From positions 1 to 60,074 of the forward strand of contig JBHLRS010000019.1 in the NCBI GenBank assembly GCA_048882325.1: a stretch of DNA of 60,074 bases, given 5' to 3'. The notes under the pieces were generated by a model. That model was given only the letters and a program-made list of their open reading frames with translations. It had not been told where the DNA came from and made no database searches. The position numbers were made by a program, and so were the translations under genes. This DNA is from Candidatus Thorarchaeota archaeon. Lineage in GTDB: Archaea; Asgardarchaeota; Thorarchaeia; Thorarchaeales; Thorarchaeaceae. Each line of letters starts with the position of its first letter. The first letter of the stretch is position 1. Below, piece after piece: positions 13,101 to 21,513 of the stretch.

Positions 13101-16100
13101 CGCTCTAGGCGGTATAGGCTCTACAACTATACAGGTTCGAGCTTTCTGGACAGGTGGCTCTCCATATCATGATGATGCGACATTGGATGTTAATGTATAC
13201 GTCACAAAGAGAGAGGCCAATGTCGAGATCACCACACCACCTACACAAGCAAGATATCTTGACAATGTCACCTTCCAATTTGTATATCGTGATTTGGCAA
13301 CAGCAACTGTGATTGATAGCATAACAATCAATGAAATCCAGATTTGGGCTGGTGGTATTCTACTCACTCCCCTCCAATATTCAATATCTGAAGTATCAGG
13401 GACTTTCACTGTCAGCATCAATTCAACTGTTCTGAGTGCAGGATTGGTTAGTAATTACAATGTGACTGTGTTCGCTGATTGGAATGACGCGACTGCTCCC
13501 TTCTATTTCGATGATGCCACAATAGTACGAGTGTCAACTAGAGGGAGAAGTATGTCATATTCTGTCCTACCAGCTGAAGAAACAGCGTATGGTGAGTTGC
13601 TCAATCTATCATTCTCATTACTCGATGCTGATTCAGGCAATCCAGTTAGTGACCTTCATACAGTCATCAGTTTTGACCTTCAGAGTGGCGGTCTTACTCC
13701 GGGAGTTGACTTTTGGATACTAGGGTCACCTGGTTTGTTCACCGTTCAGATTGATACCACGGCTTTAGGCAATCCTGGGACCTACCACTTTGACCTTGAT
13801 ATTAGCTGGGATGGGTCGGCTCCATACTATCTTGGTTTGGCTACTATAGATATGATCGGTATTGTAAACAAGATTGATACAATTCTAATTCCAACACAAG
13901 ATATTGTGGAGGTTCAATGGTCCGCTTCTACTTCAATCACAGTAACATACCAGAGTTTGCTTGATAGCAGTCTGATCGATGGGGCTGATGTAATTTGGGA
14001 GTCGCCATTTGAGTATGCAGGTCCTGCTGGATTTATTGGCTCAGGTCAATACCAGGCTTCAATTGACACAGCTGCATATGCTGGTCTTCATGTAGGTACC
14101 TACGTGATTACTATCACAGTAGAGAATCTTACTGCATACAAATCAGCTATTGCATACGTCACTCTTGTTATTACTGCACTTGACAGTGAGATGACTTTGA
14201 TAGATCCAGCTACACCCGTCATCAGCATTAATCGAGGTGCTGCATTACCAATCACTGTATACTTGACGGATGGTAGCTTCATTCCGATTTCTAACTCACA
14301 AGTGACTCAAGTTGTTGCTACACTGGATGATATCTATCAATTCACTCTTGCATACACTGGAACTCCTGGATATTATTCAGGTCTTCTCCCTGCGGATGAT
14401 GAAACTGCAACAAAGAGAGCTCCTGGAATTCCGTATGATGTCATTCTTTCATCGACGTTTCAAGACTATTACCCAGCAGTCTACTCATTCACGTTCCTGG
14501 TCTTGCAAACGAAAACCGCTGTCAATCTCACAGGTGACACAACTGAAGACATGACCTTTGTATATTCAGAGGCTGGATTACTAGAAGTAAATGTGGTGCT
14601 TCCAGATGCTGGTGTGCCAACCTATTTCTGGAATGGTACAGTCCAGTGGTCAATCTCTGACTTGGGTCTGAGTGGAAACTTCAGTACCGATTATGGTAAT
14701 GGGACATATTCAACACTCCTCGATACTACACTCATAGGTTATGGCATTGTACCACTAACTTTGACCTTCATTCCATGGCAAAATATGTCACTCTATGCAT
14801 CATCCATCCGTCTCATTACAGTCGCAATTACACGTATACAAACTTCAGCAACCCCACCGATTGGACGCGACTTCATATGGGGCTGGAGTGGTTATCTTGA
14901 GTTCATCTTTTGGTCAGAGTCGTTCGACACAGGAATCCCGGGTGCAAGTGTCACAGTAACCTTGCCAGGTGCTGAATTTACGTCCGCGATAGACCTCAAT
15001 AATGGGTCATACCTTATCTATCTCAACACAACCCTGCTTCGAGCCAGTTCAAGCTATTTGCCACTGACTGTGACTTTCTCTAAGGCAAATTACCTTGCAG
15101 CGAGTTCAATAATTCAAATTAGGGTCCTTGAGGTCCCCACTGAAATCTCTGTGCATTCTATTGATTACACGCCCGCATATGCAGGTGACCTGACTGACTT
15201 TCTCAATCTTCAGATTCCTCTTGGGGACTCGATGGCTATCATCTTCTGGTATAATGACACCGATATCTCTGACCTCTATGTTGGAGGTCTTTCTGGTGCC
15301 TCTGCTACACAGGATAGTTTACTGCGTGGTCCCACGATTGCTGAGCCAATTAGCGTCACTGTAATTTCACTTGGCAATGGTCTGTATCAGGTCATCTTCG
15401 ATACGATGGACCCAGACGTTAGTGCCATCGTTAGTCCTCTTAAATATCAATTATCAGTTGCACTTGAGTTTGAAAATCGAACAACATCTCAAATTCTGTT
15501 CAACATTGAAGTGATCAATACTCCCACAGAGTTATTGATTAATGGAGTAGTTCCAGATGTTTTGACAAATGGTGATTCAGTGACTATTGAGCTGCTATAT
15601 CACGACGTCTGGCATAATCTTGGGATTCCTGGAGCAACATTTTCAGCAAACGCAAGCGCAGGTTCTCCATTCACAGGCCACCTAGAGGCTGGTACAGCTC
15701 CCGGACAATACTTCCTCACGATCAGTACAGGAGGAATCATGTTTAGTCCGGGCTCTGGTACTCTAATAATAAATCTAAATGCTGAATCATACGCTCAAGG
15801 CACTACCTCAATCTTCATCGAAGTTGAACAGAGCAGCTTTGATGTTCTTGTCACTAATGGTGTGTTCTATGGATTCCCATTAATCCTAATTATCTCTCTC
15901 ATAGGTGGTGCATATCTACGAGTTTGGAGCGTACCCAAACGTCTGCGTCAAATCAATAAAATGATTAAATCTATGCGAAAGAGGAAGGTTCCCAAACCAG
16001 TTAGTGATGCAAAAAGCAGACAACAGCTCATAACCGACCTCTTCAATGATACCTATGAGGATCTTGGAATAACTCGTACCGCAGAGCAATTTACCGAGGA

Positions 16101-16683
16101 ATCAATCCCTGTTCAGGTCCCCGAGGTTGGTGAACTTCTTATACAACTCTCAATTCTTACTAACCTGAACCAGCAGGAACTCGACGAGTTCAAGGCAGAC
16201 ATTGCAAAGATGAAGATGAGCGAGCAAGCCGCCTTCGTAAAAGAGGTCATCATGCAGGAGGCCATCCGTGCAGCTCGCCGTGATGGCAAGAGCGTAGATG
16301 AGATTCTTGAGGAAGTCCAAAAGGATGCTGCTCAGAAACTCGCAGGTGAAAAAGGTAGAGATGTGCCTGAAGGAGTTGAGGTTGAAGAGGAAGAAGAGGA
16401 AGTCGAGCCAGTCTTCTTAACACCTGAAGAGACGGCACCGGTATCTGAACCAGTCGTTTCGCCTGATAAGCCAACTGAGCCTGCTCCGACAGAGGACATC
16501 AGCTTCACCAGTGAAACACTTAGTCCCTTCGAGATTGATGAACTCAGGAAGGAGCTTGTGGAGAAGGGTGTTCCCGCATCTGAGATTGACATCATCCTCA
16601 AACAGGCTGAAGAGCTTCCACGAGAACTTGTTGAAGAGCTCATACGAAGCCTTGATGCGGAGCGGCTACGAGGCGACCTCTGA
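7177..16683 (+). CDS. Giant type-I membrane surface protein (3168 aa): signal peptide, DUF2341 plus LamG/ConA-like module, Ig-like repeat stalk, TM helix, cytoplasmic tail
   Basis: MRKSSFLSLVLITLFMFSLA signal. YRKDITID..NFPVMI..DGDDIIF..LSHQIE..AWVK..MYYGNP (DUF2341-like). VWHLDE...FDGVIDEVRVS (LamG-like). TM segment GVFYGFPLILIISLIGGAYLRVW. Confidence 0.92.
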   Translation: MVPSMRKSSFLSLVLITLFMFSLADLSGNGTLATDTGPILNYQNQVSEAGGTWVGTGSSLPVSFTGTFTNSDTWIDTSTTLSSDFTAGTSFEVSNSSTAKWTAYILVSPPAEVVTLSFTVDYNETEWRPTTLTNPVGVVMTYATDWWYDAGLVYVSESAVTTHGVWKLEFTAMNHLLNLELGLSTGPLGTTSNFVLNNEILFRGTSTWITGSSTEFVLTDPTGTVWHSATNTTVGSNSHLLQSFQYRKDITIDRSRHLGTSVNNFPVMIDITDAALQTHVQSDGDDIIFASGGKILSHQIEFFDQVTGHLIAWVKTNLTGSVNTVISMYYGNPLLGNMEKPEDVWTESFASVWHLDEAATAGQTTSTHYDSTSGGYDGTQSGNYDDTGAVGSGQHFDGVNDQVVIAASKSLEPTGDVEISGWFKLDVPHNAFSSSTKILVTKMLDGDNDMHIALVGTDYTTAAASDGSLVFKTENSNAQMYKWTAQTSWQAGVWYYFACFMDASTPANNRIYVRAIQDTAGTSGGTTFANLSFIADWGIGGGLIDQVVGNLAWFDGVIDEVRVSNVANGRSGAWRAAEWSNLNDPSTFYSVGSEIERTSPDPQTKKTVDATAIAGSWIVTAYYNDSGSSVNFRVGMYERAFTIKQASKLSLNAPTDAVGDNITAATIGDSVYVQVELTDDFTSSGVIGATVTTNWTIFGTGTNLQFYDEGGGLYGLVLNTTQLEDNIRWRLNIESNHPYYTYAEIQLFIDLSHDTVLGFNNVDSTPIGFDFTATLVYVDTYGGSPIAGATITFANGTPVNVVSELNGQYNISLSTSGLSAGVYTFRFNATKSGALLEMASVEITFILRPHYTAVSVSGDLLTPSGFNTPVTVVLVDLDTGSLVDISNVASITFTTTNYGSPLFGTFTPTLLTNSWNVGVEDITITVSMSSSDYYAPDAYDFQVTIRKHYTSATVIGNLVTPFGNNTPLTVVLVDLDTGGSVAVAAVDSIELDSIIYPLYFDGSPSSFNVLLLTGDDSWAVGSRTATLRIVMLVSSIYQDPTDYAFTVTIRSMATYLYNEPSDLRFPNGDDFYIALRFNVSEIGPNYGDYIAGLTAGEFAISNGTFTYPKTINNFGFGIYNLTIAASYFPEGTYTIYVTVNPSDPRYASTQLVLIFDYRPTRTDLTSNIYTISTPYEHDVVVTLFFEDLDRSLGITTGIITSLDATIGYVHTGGGYYDVTIDVTGLTIVASPHIITLTADATGYDSRDIDITIIITEIHTDAEPSLISLDMPVGDIKIFTIDFNDLDNGVPIGTATVTHNWTVQPNVVVSWTGTNWQVTFTTTGSDPLGTYTVWFNFDEGSGNYQDGYCEIEVIVRSHTTLFNLVSAVEPTPFNGLVNISLRYWDWDNNVGIDTDTNISSTVWNGTAWIPHTLVNDPAVGYYTIQIDATQFSQGVQNFDIYFTWTGLVQQYEDKTTTASVNIIGIDSQLTLLQSSEPTPYLDSMLYIFNYAETSGLGITNSSYGGGNVHISVSFQGETVDLGQVTITEIDPVLQPGDYSISFSTTIFGRTGLIYMNVYINWSAGVAPYYTNRFDVISVRVLPRDTVLSVVSPTPESYGENATFSFTFEDVTGGASVPIDDNPAMNVSLSLAGYTLTWNGGTHTFTVSFNTSQFGAPLGQKSFTLSVTWSGTPYYTNRTGHTVFITVTARQTVFDYQSPAPTSYLNNVTINLDWTDVSGAATRGIEGATITLLEGAIPISSFYYTVYDIGGGLYEVVLNTTAFATPADYDLTIELTTGYFYINNVSSHRTLRVLYRQSLLSAEPIGPTPYNSSLVYILDFLDRETSGTIGNETSLVSLSILNGSDWFFTVEWMSGFEYYELTILTYNHPELVIGVEYVLQIEASFSNQVPFYGSDDTFVFFELRTRASTVSLIDSPDPTAYLENSVFRVQYLDTDSGIGITADSISIHRGVFTLTPGTDYILSFEGNGLYFVTLNTTALGGIGSTTIQVRAFWTGGSPYHDDATLDVNVYVTKREANVEITTPPTQARYLDNVTFQFVYRDLATATVIDSITINEIQIWAGGILLTPLQYSISEVSGTFTVSINSTVLSAGLVSNYNVTVFADWNDATAPFYFDDATIVRVSTRGRSMSYSVLPAEETAYGELLNLSFSLLDADSGNPVSDLHTVISFDLQSGGLTPGVDFWILGSPGLFTVQIDTTALGNPGTYHFDLDISWDGSAPYYLGLATIDMIGIVNKIDTILIPTQDIVEVQWSASTSITVTYQSLLDSSLIDGADVIWESPFEYAGPAGFIGSGQYQASIDTAAYAGLHVGTYVITITVENLTAYKSAIAYVTLVITALDSEMTLIDPATPVISINRGAALPITVYLTDGSFIPISNSQVTQVVATLDDIYQFTLAYTGTPGYYSGLLPADDETATKRAPGIPYDVILSSTFQDYYPAVYSFTFLVLQTKTAVNLTGDTTEDMTFVYSEAGLLEVNVVLPDAGVPTYFWNGTVQWSISDLGLSGNFSTDYGNGTYSTLLDTTLIGYGIVPLTLTFIPWQNMSLYASSIRLITVAITRIQTSATPPIGRDFIWGWSGYLEFIFWSESFDTGIPGASVTVTLPGAEFTSAIDLNNGSYLIYLNTTLLRASSSYLPLTVTFSKANYLAASSIIQIRVLEVPTEISVHSIDYTPAYAGDLTDFLNLQIPLGDSMAIIFWYNDTDISDLYVGGLSGASATQDSLLRGPTIAEPISVTVISLGNGLYQVIFDTMDPDVSAIVSPLKYQLSVALEFENRTTSQILFNIEVINTPTELLINGVVPDVLTNGDSVTIELLYHDVWHNLGIPGATFSANASAGSPFTGHLEAGTAPGQYFLTISTGGIMFSPGSGTLIINLNAESYAQGTTSIFIEVEQSSFDVLVTNGVFYGFPLILIISLIGGAYLRVWSVPKRLRQINKMIKSMRKRKVPKPVSDAKSRQQLITDLFNDTYEDLGITRTAEQFTEESIPVQVPEVGELLIQLSILTNLNQQELDEFKADIAKMKMSEQAAFVKEVIMQEAIRAARRDGKSVDEILEEVQKDAAQKLAGEKGRDVPEGVEVEEEEEEVEPVFLTPEETAPVSEPVVSPDKPTEPAPTEDISFTSETLSPFEIDELRKELVEKGVPASEIDIILKQAEELPRELVEELIRSLDAERLRGDL

Positions 16684-16685
16684 GT

Positions 16686-17462
16686 CTAGTCCTCTTCTGT
16701 CCTCTCCTCTTTTCTGAGGAAGTAAGAGAGAGGTAGAGTTGTTCCAGAGGAAACAGTCTTTGTTCGATTGGTCCTCCTGACCGGATATTGAGGATGTTTA
16801 GCGAGTGTGTAGGTTCGACGTGACTTGGACTCGGACACCTTGATGTGAATCTGAGCAGAACCTGAAAGAGTCTTCCCGCCCTCAGGAAGACTCGGATTCC
16901 TCTTTGAGACCGGAGCTGACAACAGCGTGAAGATTCCTCTCCTGAGAGTGAGTGCTGAGATCTTCGATGCCATGTGTGATATCTCCTGCATCCCCTCTCC
17001 CTTGAGCCCCTCCTCTAGATACAGCTGTGGAAGTCCAGTCACCATGAGAACTCGAGCTGGAATCATGTCAAGAAATCCTTCAAGTTGGGCCATAACAAGA
17101 TCGTAGGTCTGTGATGCATTGAACGCCCGAGAGATGTAGATTCTATCCATCACAATCTCGGGTTCAAGTTCATACTCATATGCGAGTTCCGTGAACCTCT
17201 CCATCTTGATGATGTTCGCGCTGTCTATAATAATGGTTGGACTCTCTAGTCCTCCACGCTCTTTGGGAGTCTGCATCTTTACTGCAATACGATGGAAGTC
17301 ATCGTGAAGCGAACGGTCGCCGTAGAAGAGATGGATCAACCCCGACTCGATTCCACCACCCAGGAGACTGTCAAGTGCCACAATGCCTGACTCGACTTTA
17401 ACACTTAGGAATTCATCTGCTGTGCGAAATCCCTGTTTTAATGGAATCTCTGGCTGTTTCAT
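16686..17462 (-). CDS. RadA/Rad51-family paralogue with degenerate Walker A and B motifs
   Basis: SGIVALDSLLGGGIESGLIHLFYG, MDRIYISRAFN and PEGGKTLSGSAQIHI match the RadA core. P-loop reads GDRSLHDD. Start moved to ATG 17462 (MKQPEIP). Confidence 0.8.
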   Translation of the reverse strand: MKQPEIPLKQGFRTADEFLSVKVESGIVALDSLLGGGIESGLIHLFYGDRSLHDDFHRIAVKMQTPKERGGLESPTIIIDSANIIKMERFTELAYEYELEPEIVMDRIYISRAFNASQTYDLVMAQLEGFLDMIPARVLMVTGLPQLYLEEGLKGEGMQEISHMASKISALTLRRGIFTLLSAPVSKRNPSLPEGGKTLSGSAQIHIKVSESKSRRTYTLAKHPQYPVRRTNRTKTVSSGTTLPLSYFLRKEERTEED

Positions 17463-17563
17463 CTCAGATGTAAGTGTAGCATCAGTCCCATATAACCACC
17501 CCCAGAAGGCCAAAACATAGGTTTCCGATTCTGGCAATTGTTAAAAGGGACCGACGAAGATGT

Positions 17564-17803
17564 ATGGTACTTACGCCGGGAGGATGCAATATAGCCGTGA
17601 GGAAGATTCGAGTCTGCCCAAAATGTGGCTCTGACAAAATCAGAGACGCCAAGACTTCTGTGAGTGGTTGGCTTGTTCCAACCACTTATTATTGTGGGGA
17701 GGAGGACTGTGATTATACAGGCTCGCTCTATGTCGAGGTGGATGTAGAAGAAGCTGAGCAGTTAAAGCGGGCAATGAATGGAGATACTAGCGAAAGTACA
17801 TAA
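17564..17803 (+). CDS. Small zinc-ribbon protein
   Basis: CPKCGS...YYCGEEDCDY; the real start may be GTG 17597. Confidence 0.65.
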   Translation: MVLTPGGCNIAVRKIRVCPKCGSDKIRDAKTSVSGWLVPTTYYCGEEDCDYTGSLYVEVDVEEAEQLKRAMNGDTSEST

Positions 17804-17885
17804 AATTCATAAATCGGAAACAAATCCACCCAGAGCAAATGCCTTAAGTAGGCGTCAAGCAGACAAAGGGTAGGGTGACTACACC

Positions 17886-18311
17886 ATGGTAACACACGAG
17901 GGTTTCGATTTCCCTGATGATCTATACTATACTGAAGACCAGATCTGGGTCAAGAAAGAAGATGGCAAGGTCAGACTTGGCTTCACCACCTTCGGCATGG
18001 ACCTGGCTGGTAAAATCAAGTTTGTCAGACTGAGACCAGCAGGCAAGGCTATCGCCGCGGGGCGAAGCATTGGCACTCTGGAATCAGGAAAGTGGACTGG
18101 ACCTGTCAAGGCTCCTGTTGGTGGTACAATCGTTGAGGTCAACGATGCACTGAAGGACAATCCTGGGATTCTGAATGAGGATCCCTATGGGGCTGGTTGG
18201 GTCGCAGTTCTTGAGCCTGACAACTTGGATGCAGACCTAGCAAATCTTCAAGGTGCAGACGGACTAGAAGACTGGATCAAGAAGGAATTTGCAGAAAAGA
18301 AAGCTGCATAA
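17886..18311 (+). CDS. gcvH: Glycine cleavage system H (lipoyl-carrier) protein
   Basis: FPDDLYYT..WV, lipoyl-lysine motif ESGKW, APVGGTIVEVN, NEDPYGAGW. Confidence 0.93.
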   Translation: MVTHEGFDFPDDLYYTEDQIWVKKEDGKVRLGFTTFGMDLAGKIKFVRLRPAGKAIAAGRSIGTLESGKWTGPVKAPVGGTIVEVNDALKDNPGILNEDPYGAGWVAVLEPDNLDADLANLQGADGLEDWIKKEFAEKKAA

Positions 18312-18325
18312 TCAATGGAATGAGA

Positions 18326-18341
18326 GGCCGGATTTCCGGCC
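18326..18341. terminator. Hairpin between convergent gcvH and cdc6-like genes
   Basis: Perfect inverted repeat GGCCGGA-TT-TCCGGCC. Confidence 0.55.
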
Positions 18342-18356
18342 ACCATCCATCTTCTT

Positions 18357-19499
18357 TTACTTCCTACGAGCGAGTTCCCGTCTCAGACCAATCGCTGCAT
18401 CGTAGATGATTTCAGGTGGTGCAAGCACATAGAGTAAGTTTCTTGAATAACCAGACTCGAAGATGATGCTCTGGAAGATGAGTGTCTGCAGGCTCTTCTC
18501 AATGTCATCTGGCGCATATCTTACTCCTAGCTCCTCAGTCTTCACCTCGACCAGTTCATTGAGCGTCTGTCTATCAATGTAGGTCTCGGTCTTGTACCGC
18601 ATCAGATGTTCACACATCGCCTCAAGGACCAAGAGAGTCATGTAGTCGTTCATGCTGATGGTTTCAATGAGGTCCATGTAGTCATTGTCATGGGCGAATG
18701 ATGTTATGTTCATAGTTGCATTCCTAATCGCATCCGAGTCAATCTCTTGACCACTTGAAGCTAAGGGCCAGAGTGCCTTTAGAGCCTCAATAGTGGTCTT
18801 TGGCTTTGATGCATCAAACTCCACGACAAGGTCGGTTATATAGCGTACGACCTCTTCTGTGAGCTGATGAGGGAAAGTGTCTTCAACTCTCATCCTGACA
18901 ATGTCATAGAGCTGTGACTGCGTGTAGGTGTCGAGAGGGATTTCGAAGTCATAGCTCATGTGTGTAGCTGGGAGTTTAGTGAGTAATCTGTAATCATGGC
19001 TGTTAAGTACACCAATTGTACTGGCATTGATCTCCTTAGAGAGGCGAGCCACCTTTGTGTAGACATCCTCATTGGTCTCATCGATGTTGTCGATGACAAA
19101 GATGGTTCTCTTGTCAGTTGCAGTAGCAGTCCGTTTGAACTGCATCCAGAGAACATCAAGATCGAAAGCTACAGTGATGGGTCTGTTGGTTTCCCAGTGT
19201 ATCTTATCATTCAACTCGGAAACAATCTCAAGGGTGTCCTTGTGCCTTGCGTCTACATATACCGTGTGAGAGTCAAACTGTTTAGGCACAAGCTTGGTGA
19301 GGAAGTAACGAGAGAATACTGTCATCCCCACTCCAGATATGCCATGCACAAGACAGTTGACCCCGTACTCTTCCTCCACGGAGTCACGATACATCCCATT
19401 TACTTGATCAAGCTCCCTGTCCCGATGAAGAAGTCTTTTCGGGACATAGTAGGGGTCGAATAGACCTTTCGGGCTACGGTTAGAGCGTACCATTCTCAT
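18357..19499 (-). CDS. Cdc6/Orc1-family AAA+ protein with degenerate ATPase motifs
   Basis: FDPYYVPKRLLHRDREL and YTQSQLYDIVRMRV are typical Cdc6 segments. Walker A reads GISGVGMT and Walker B reads VIDNID. C-terminus is winged-helix-like. Confidence 0.85.
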   Translation of the reverse strand: MRMVRSNRSPKGLFDPYYVPKRLLHRDRELDQVNGMYRDSVEEEYGVNCLVHGISGVGMTVFSRYFLTKLVPKQFDSHTVYVDARHKDTLEIVSELNDKIHWETNRPITVAFDLDVLWMQFKRTATATDKRTIFVIDNIDETNEDVYTKVARLSKEINASTIGVLNSHDYRLLTKLPATHMSYDFEIPLDTYTQSQLYDIVRMRVEDTFPHQLTEEVVRYITDLVVEFDASKPKTTIEALKALWPLASSGQEIDSDAIRNATMNITSFAHDNDYMDLIETISMNDYMTLLVLEAMCEHLMRYKTETYIDRQTLNELVEVKTEELGVRYAPDDIEKSLQTLIFQSIIFESGYSRNLLYVLAPPEIIYDAAIGLRRELARRK

Positions 19500-19522
19500 C
19501 GTAGGGAAGTCCCTTTGGTAGG

Positions 19523-19530
19523 TATATAAA
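19523..19530 (-). promoter_or_regulatory. TATA box of the cdc6-like gene (probably a leaderless transcript)
   Basis: TTTATATA on the minus strand about 24 nt upstream of ATG 19499. Confidence 0.6.
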
Positions 19531-19741
19531 CCCCCTAAGAGACATGCCCGAAAGTATCCAGAGTCCGAAATGGCGTTAGAGTTTAATGGAATCTATTAGC
19601 GATTTTTCAAACGATAGATATAACGCTAGGACTGAAAGTATTCGATTTGGAAATGGGTCAAGAACTCACTTTCACTAGATGCTTGGACCAATTTATGAAA
19701 TCTCATCATGGTGCTCTGATCATATCTGGTTCGATTTTTCA

Positions 19742-20014
19742 TCAGTTATTTAACCGCTTTATCATACTCACTGATTGATTCAGCTCTATATGCAGATTCT
19801 CAATCAAAAACGGATTCTCTTCGGAGCCGTCACCATCAAATGTGCTCCATAATAGATCATCATTGCCTATTATTGTGATTGGATCTGAATCAATTCTCTC
19901 GATGGATAGGCTGAATGATGAATCAGGAATCCCATATCTGATTTCAGTGAAGTTTCCCTGAAACAATAATGTAAAACTAAATAACAATAGAAAGATAATG
20001 ATCCCTTTTTTCAC
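19742..20014 (-). pseudogene. Truncated N-terminal fragment of a secreted NosD/parallel beta-helix-type surface protein
   Basis: Signal peptide plus DPITIIGNDDL..FDGDGSEENPFLIENLHI, a motif that normally precedes beta-helix repeats; the ORF stops about 12 codons later, in AT-rich DNA. Confidence 0.6.
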
Positions 20015-20418
20015 CGAAAATCCCCTAGAAATCTGATATTCAAGGTTCTATTAAACTCTTTTACAACATGATTGCCTTGAATTGGCAGTTGATCAAGTTT
20101 GATAGACATACTAATTTACGTGTTGAATAAAACAGCCATAATTGCTGAAACTCAAGAAGCTTGAATGAAGAATCATCCATTAATCGGACTCGTCTAGTTT
20201 TCAGTTTACATAAAATCCTGAAACAAAGCCTTCAAGCTGTATCCTGCAAGTATGAAATTTCAATACACAAAGATTGCCATTTTTATATCGAATGGACGAG
20301 CACTTGATGTTAAAACCCGAAACAACTCGCGAATGGAACTGCTTACAGTTATACGTCATCAATGTTGAACCATAATCATTATACATTCGAGATTTCACTA
20401 CTCCTATTCGTGGTTTCA

Positions 20419-20922
20419 ATGACTATTGTTATACTGGCAATGCACGGAGCTCCACCAACTGACTATCCCCGGTCTGACCTGATGGAGTTCTTCAGACTTC
20501 ACACGGTCCTTGAACATGGTGTCTCAGGATTCCCGAAGGCTATGCACCATAAACACGATGAGCTCGAGAAGAAGATTCGCGAGTGGCCTCGCACAGCAGA
20601 GAATGATCCTTTCTGGGATGCATCACACAAACTCGCTGAAGAACTTGGTAGAATTACTGGGCATGATGTTATTGTGGGCTTCAATGAGTTCTGTAGTCCT
20701 AGTATTGATGAGGCATTGGAGGAAGCAATCGGAAGTGGGGCGGACGACATCATTGTCATTACACCAATGATGACTCCCGGTGGAGAACACTCAGAGGATG
20801 ACATACCCCAGTCAATTGAGAGAATGAGGGAGCGGCACACTCATGTGTCAATACGATACGCCTGGCCCTTTGACAGGACCGCTGTCGCATCCTTTCTCGC
20901 TGAGCAGCTCTCAAATCATTGA
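20419..20922 (+). CDS. CbiX/SirB-family chelatase-like protein
   Basis: IVILAMHG, VGFNEFCSPSIDEAL, PMMTPGGEHSEDDIP, YAWPF; start moved to ATG 20419. Confidence 0.85.
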   Translation: MTIVILAMHGAPPTDYPRSDLMEFFRLHTVLEHGVSGFPKAMHHKHDELEKKIREWPRTAENDPFWDASHKLAEELGRITGHDVIVGFNEFCSPSIDEALEEAIGSGADDIIVITPMMTPGGEHSEDDIPQSIERMRERHTHVSIRYAWPFDRTAVASFLAEQLSNH

Positions 20923-20956
20923 GCTGAACGTCTAGTACTCCAAGGACCAAAGGTCT

Positions 20957-21472
20957 TCAGTCAAGTCTCTTAATGAAGGGAATCATCTTGAAGCCCCACT
21001 TTGTCTTCAGACGTTCGCCAGTATCCCTGAATCCCATCTTTATCCAGAAATCGTAAGAAATCCATGGCACCCCTTCAGCATTCTCGGTTGTTTCGGTTTC
21101 AATAAGTGCAAGCCCACTCTCGATAGCCAATCTCTCTGCATATTCAACAAGAGCTGTTCCGATGCCCTTCCTCTGCTCAGACTTCCTGATATGCGCCATG
21201 TCAATATACAGGAACTCTCGTTCTCGCTTAATCACAAGAAATCCAACTATCTGTGCTTTCCCTTCTGCAACAAAGACCTCGTAAATCCCGTCCTCATCCT
21301 CCAGTCTGTTTCCTGTTGTCCATATCCCCCTCAATTTCTCGATATCTCGAAACGTACCCCACTCAGGTGCAGTATAACCAATCATCTCTTCCTCAGTGGA
21401 GGCTGCCCGGCAAGTGTCAACGATAGAAGGTATGTCCTCTCTATGTGCTTCTCGAATTGTTATCGCGTTCAC
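20957..21472 (-). CDS. GNAT-family N-acetyltransferase
   Basis: TIREAHREDIP, acetyl-CoA motif QRKGIGTALV, FWIKMGF. Confidence 0.88.
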   Translation of the reverse strand: MNAITIREAHREDIPSIVDTCRAASTEEEMIGYTAPEWGTFRDIEKLRGIWTTGNRLEDEDGIYEVFVAEGKAQIVGFLVIKREREFLYIDMAHIRKSEQRKGIGTALVEYAERLAIESGLALIETETTENAEGVPWISYDFWIKMGFRDTGERLKTKWGFKMIPFIKRLD

Positions 21473-21513
21473 ATTGAATGAGACGTGCTTGTTTCACTTA
21501 TGCTTTGCAGTCC

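Noticed and set aside
16741-16754. GTTCCAGAGGAAAC, a near-perfect ORB box
   Set aside because: Single copy inside a coding region, with no G-string or flanking AT-rich unwinding element; likely chance
17886-18311. Solitary gcvH as a sign of a novel lipoyl system
   Set aside because: Dispersed glycine-cleavage genes and multiple H proteins are common in archaea; nothing in the neighbourhood supports more
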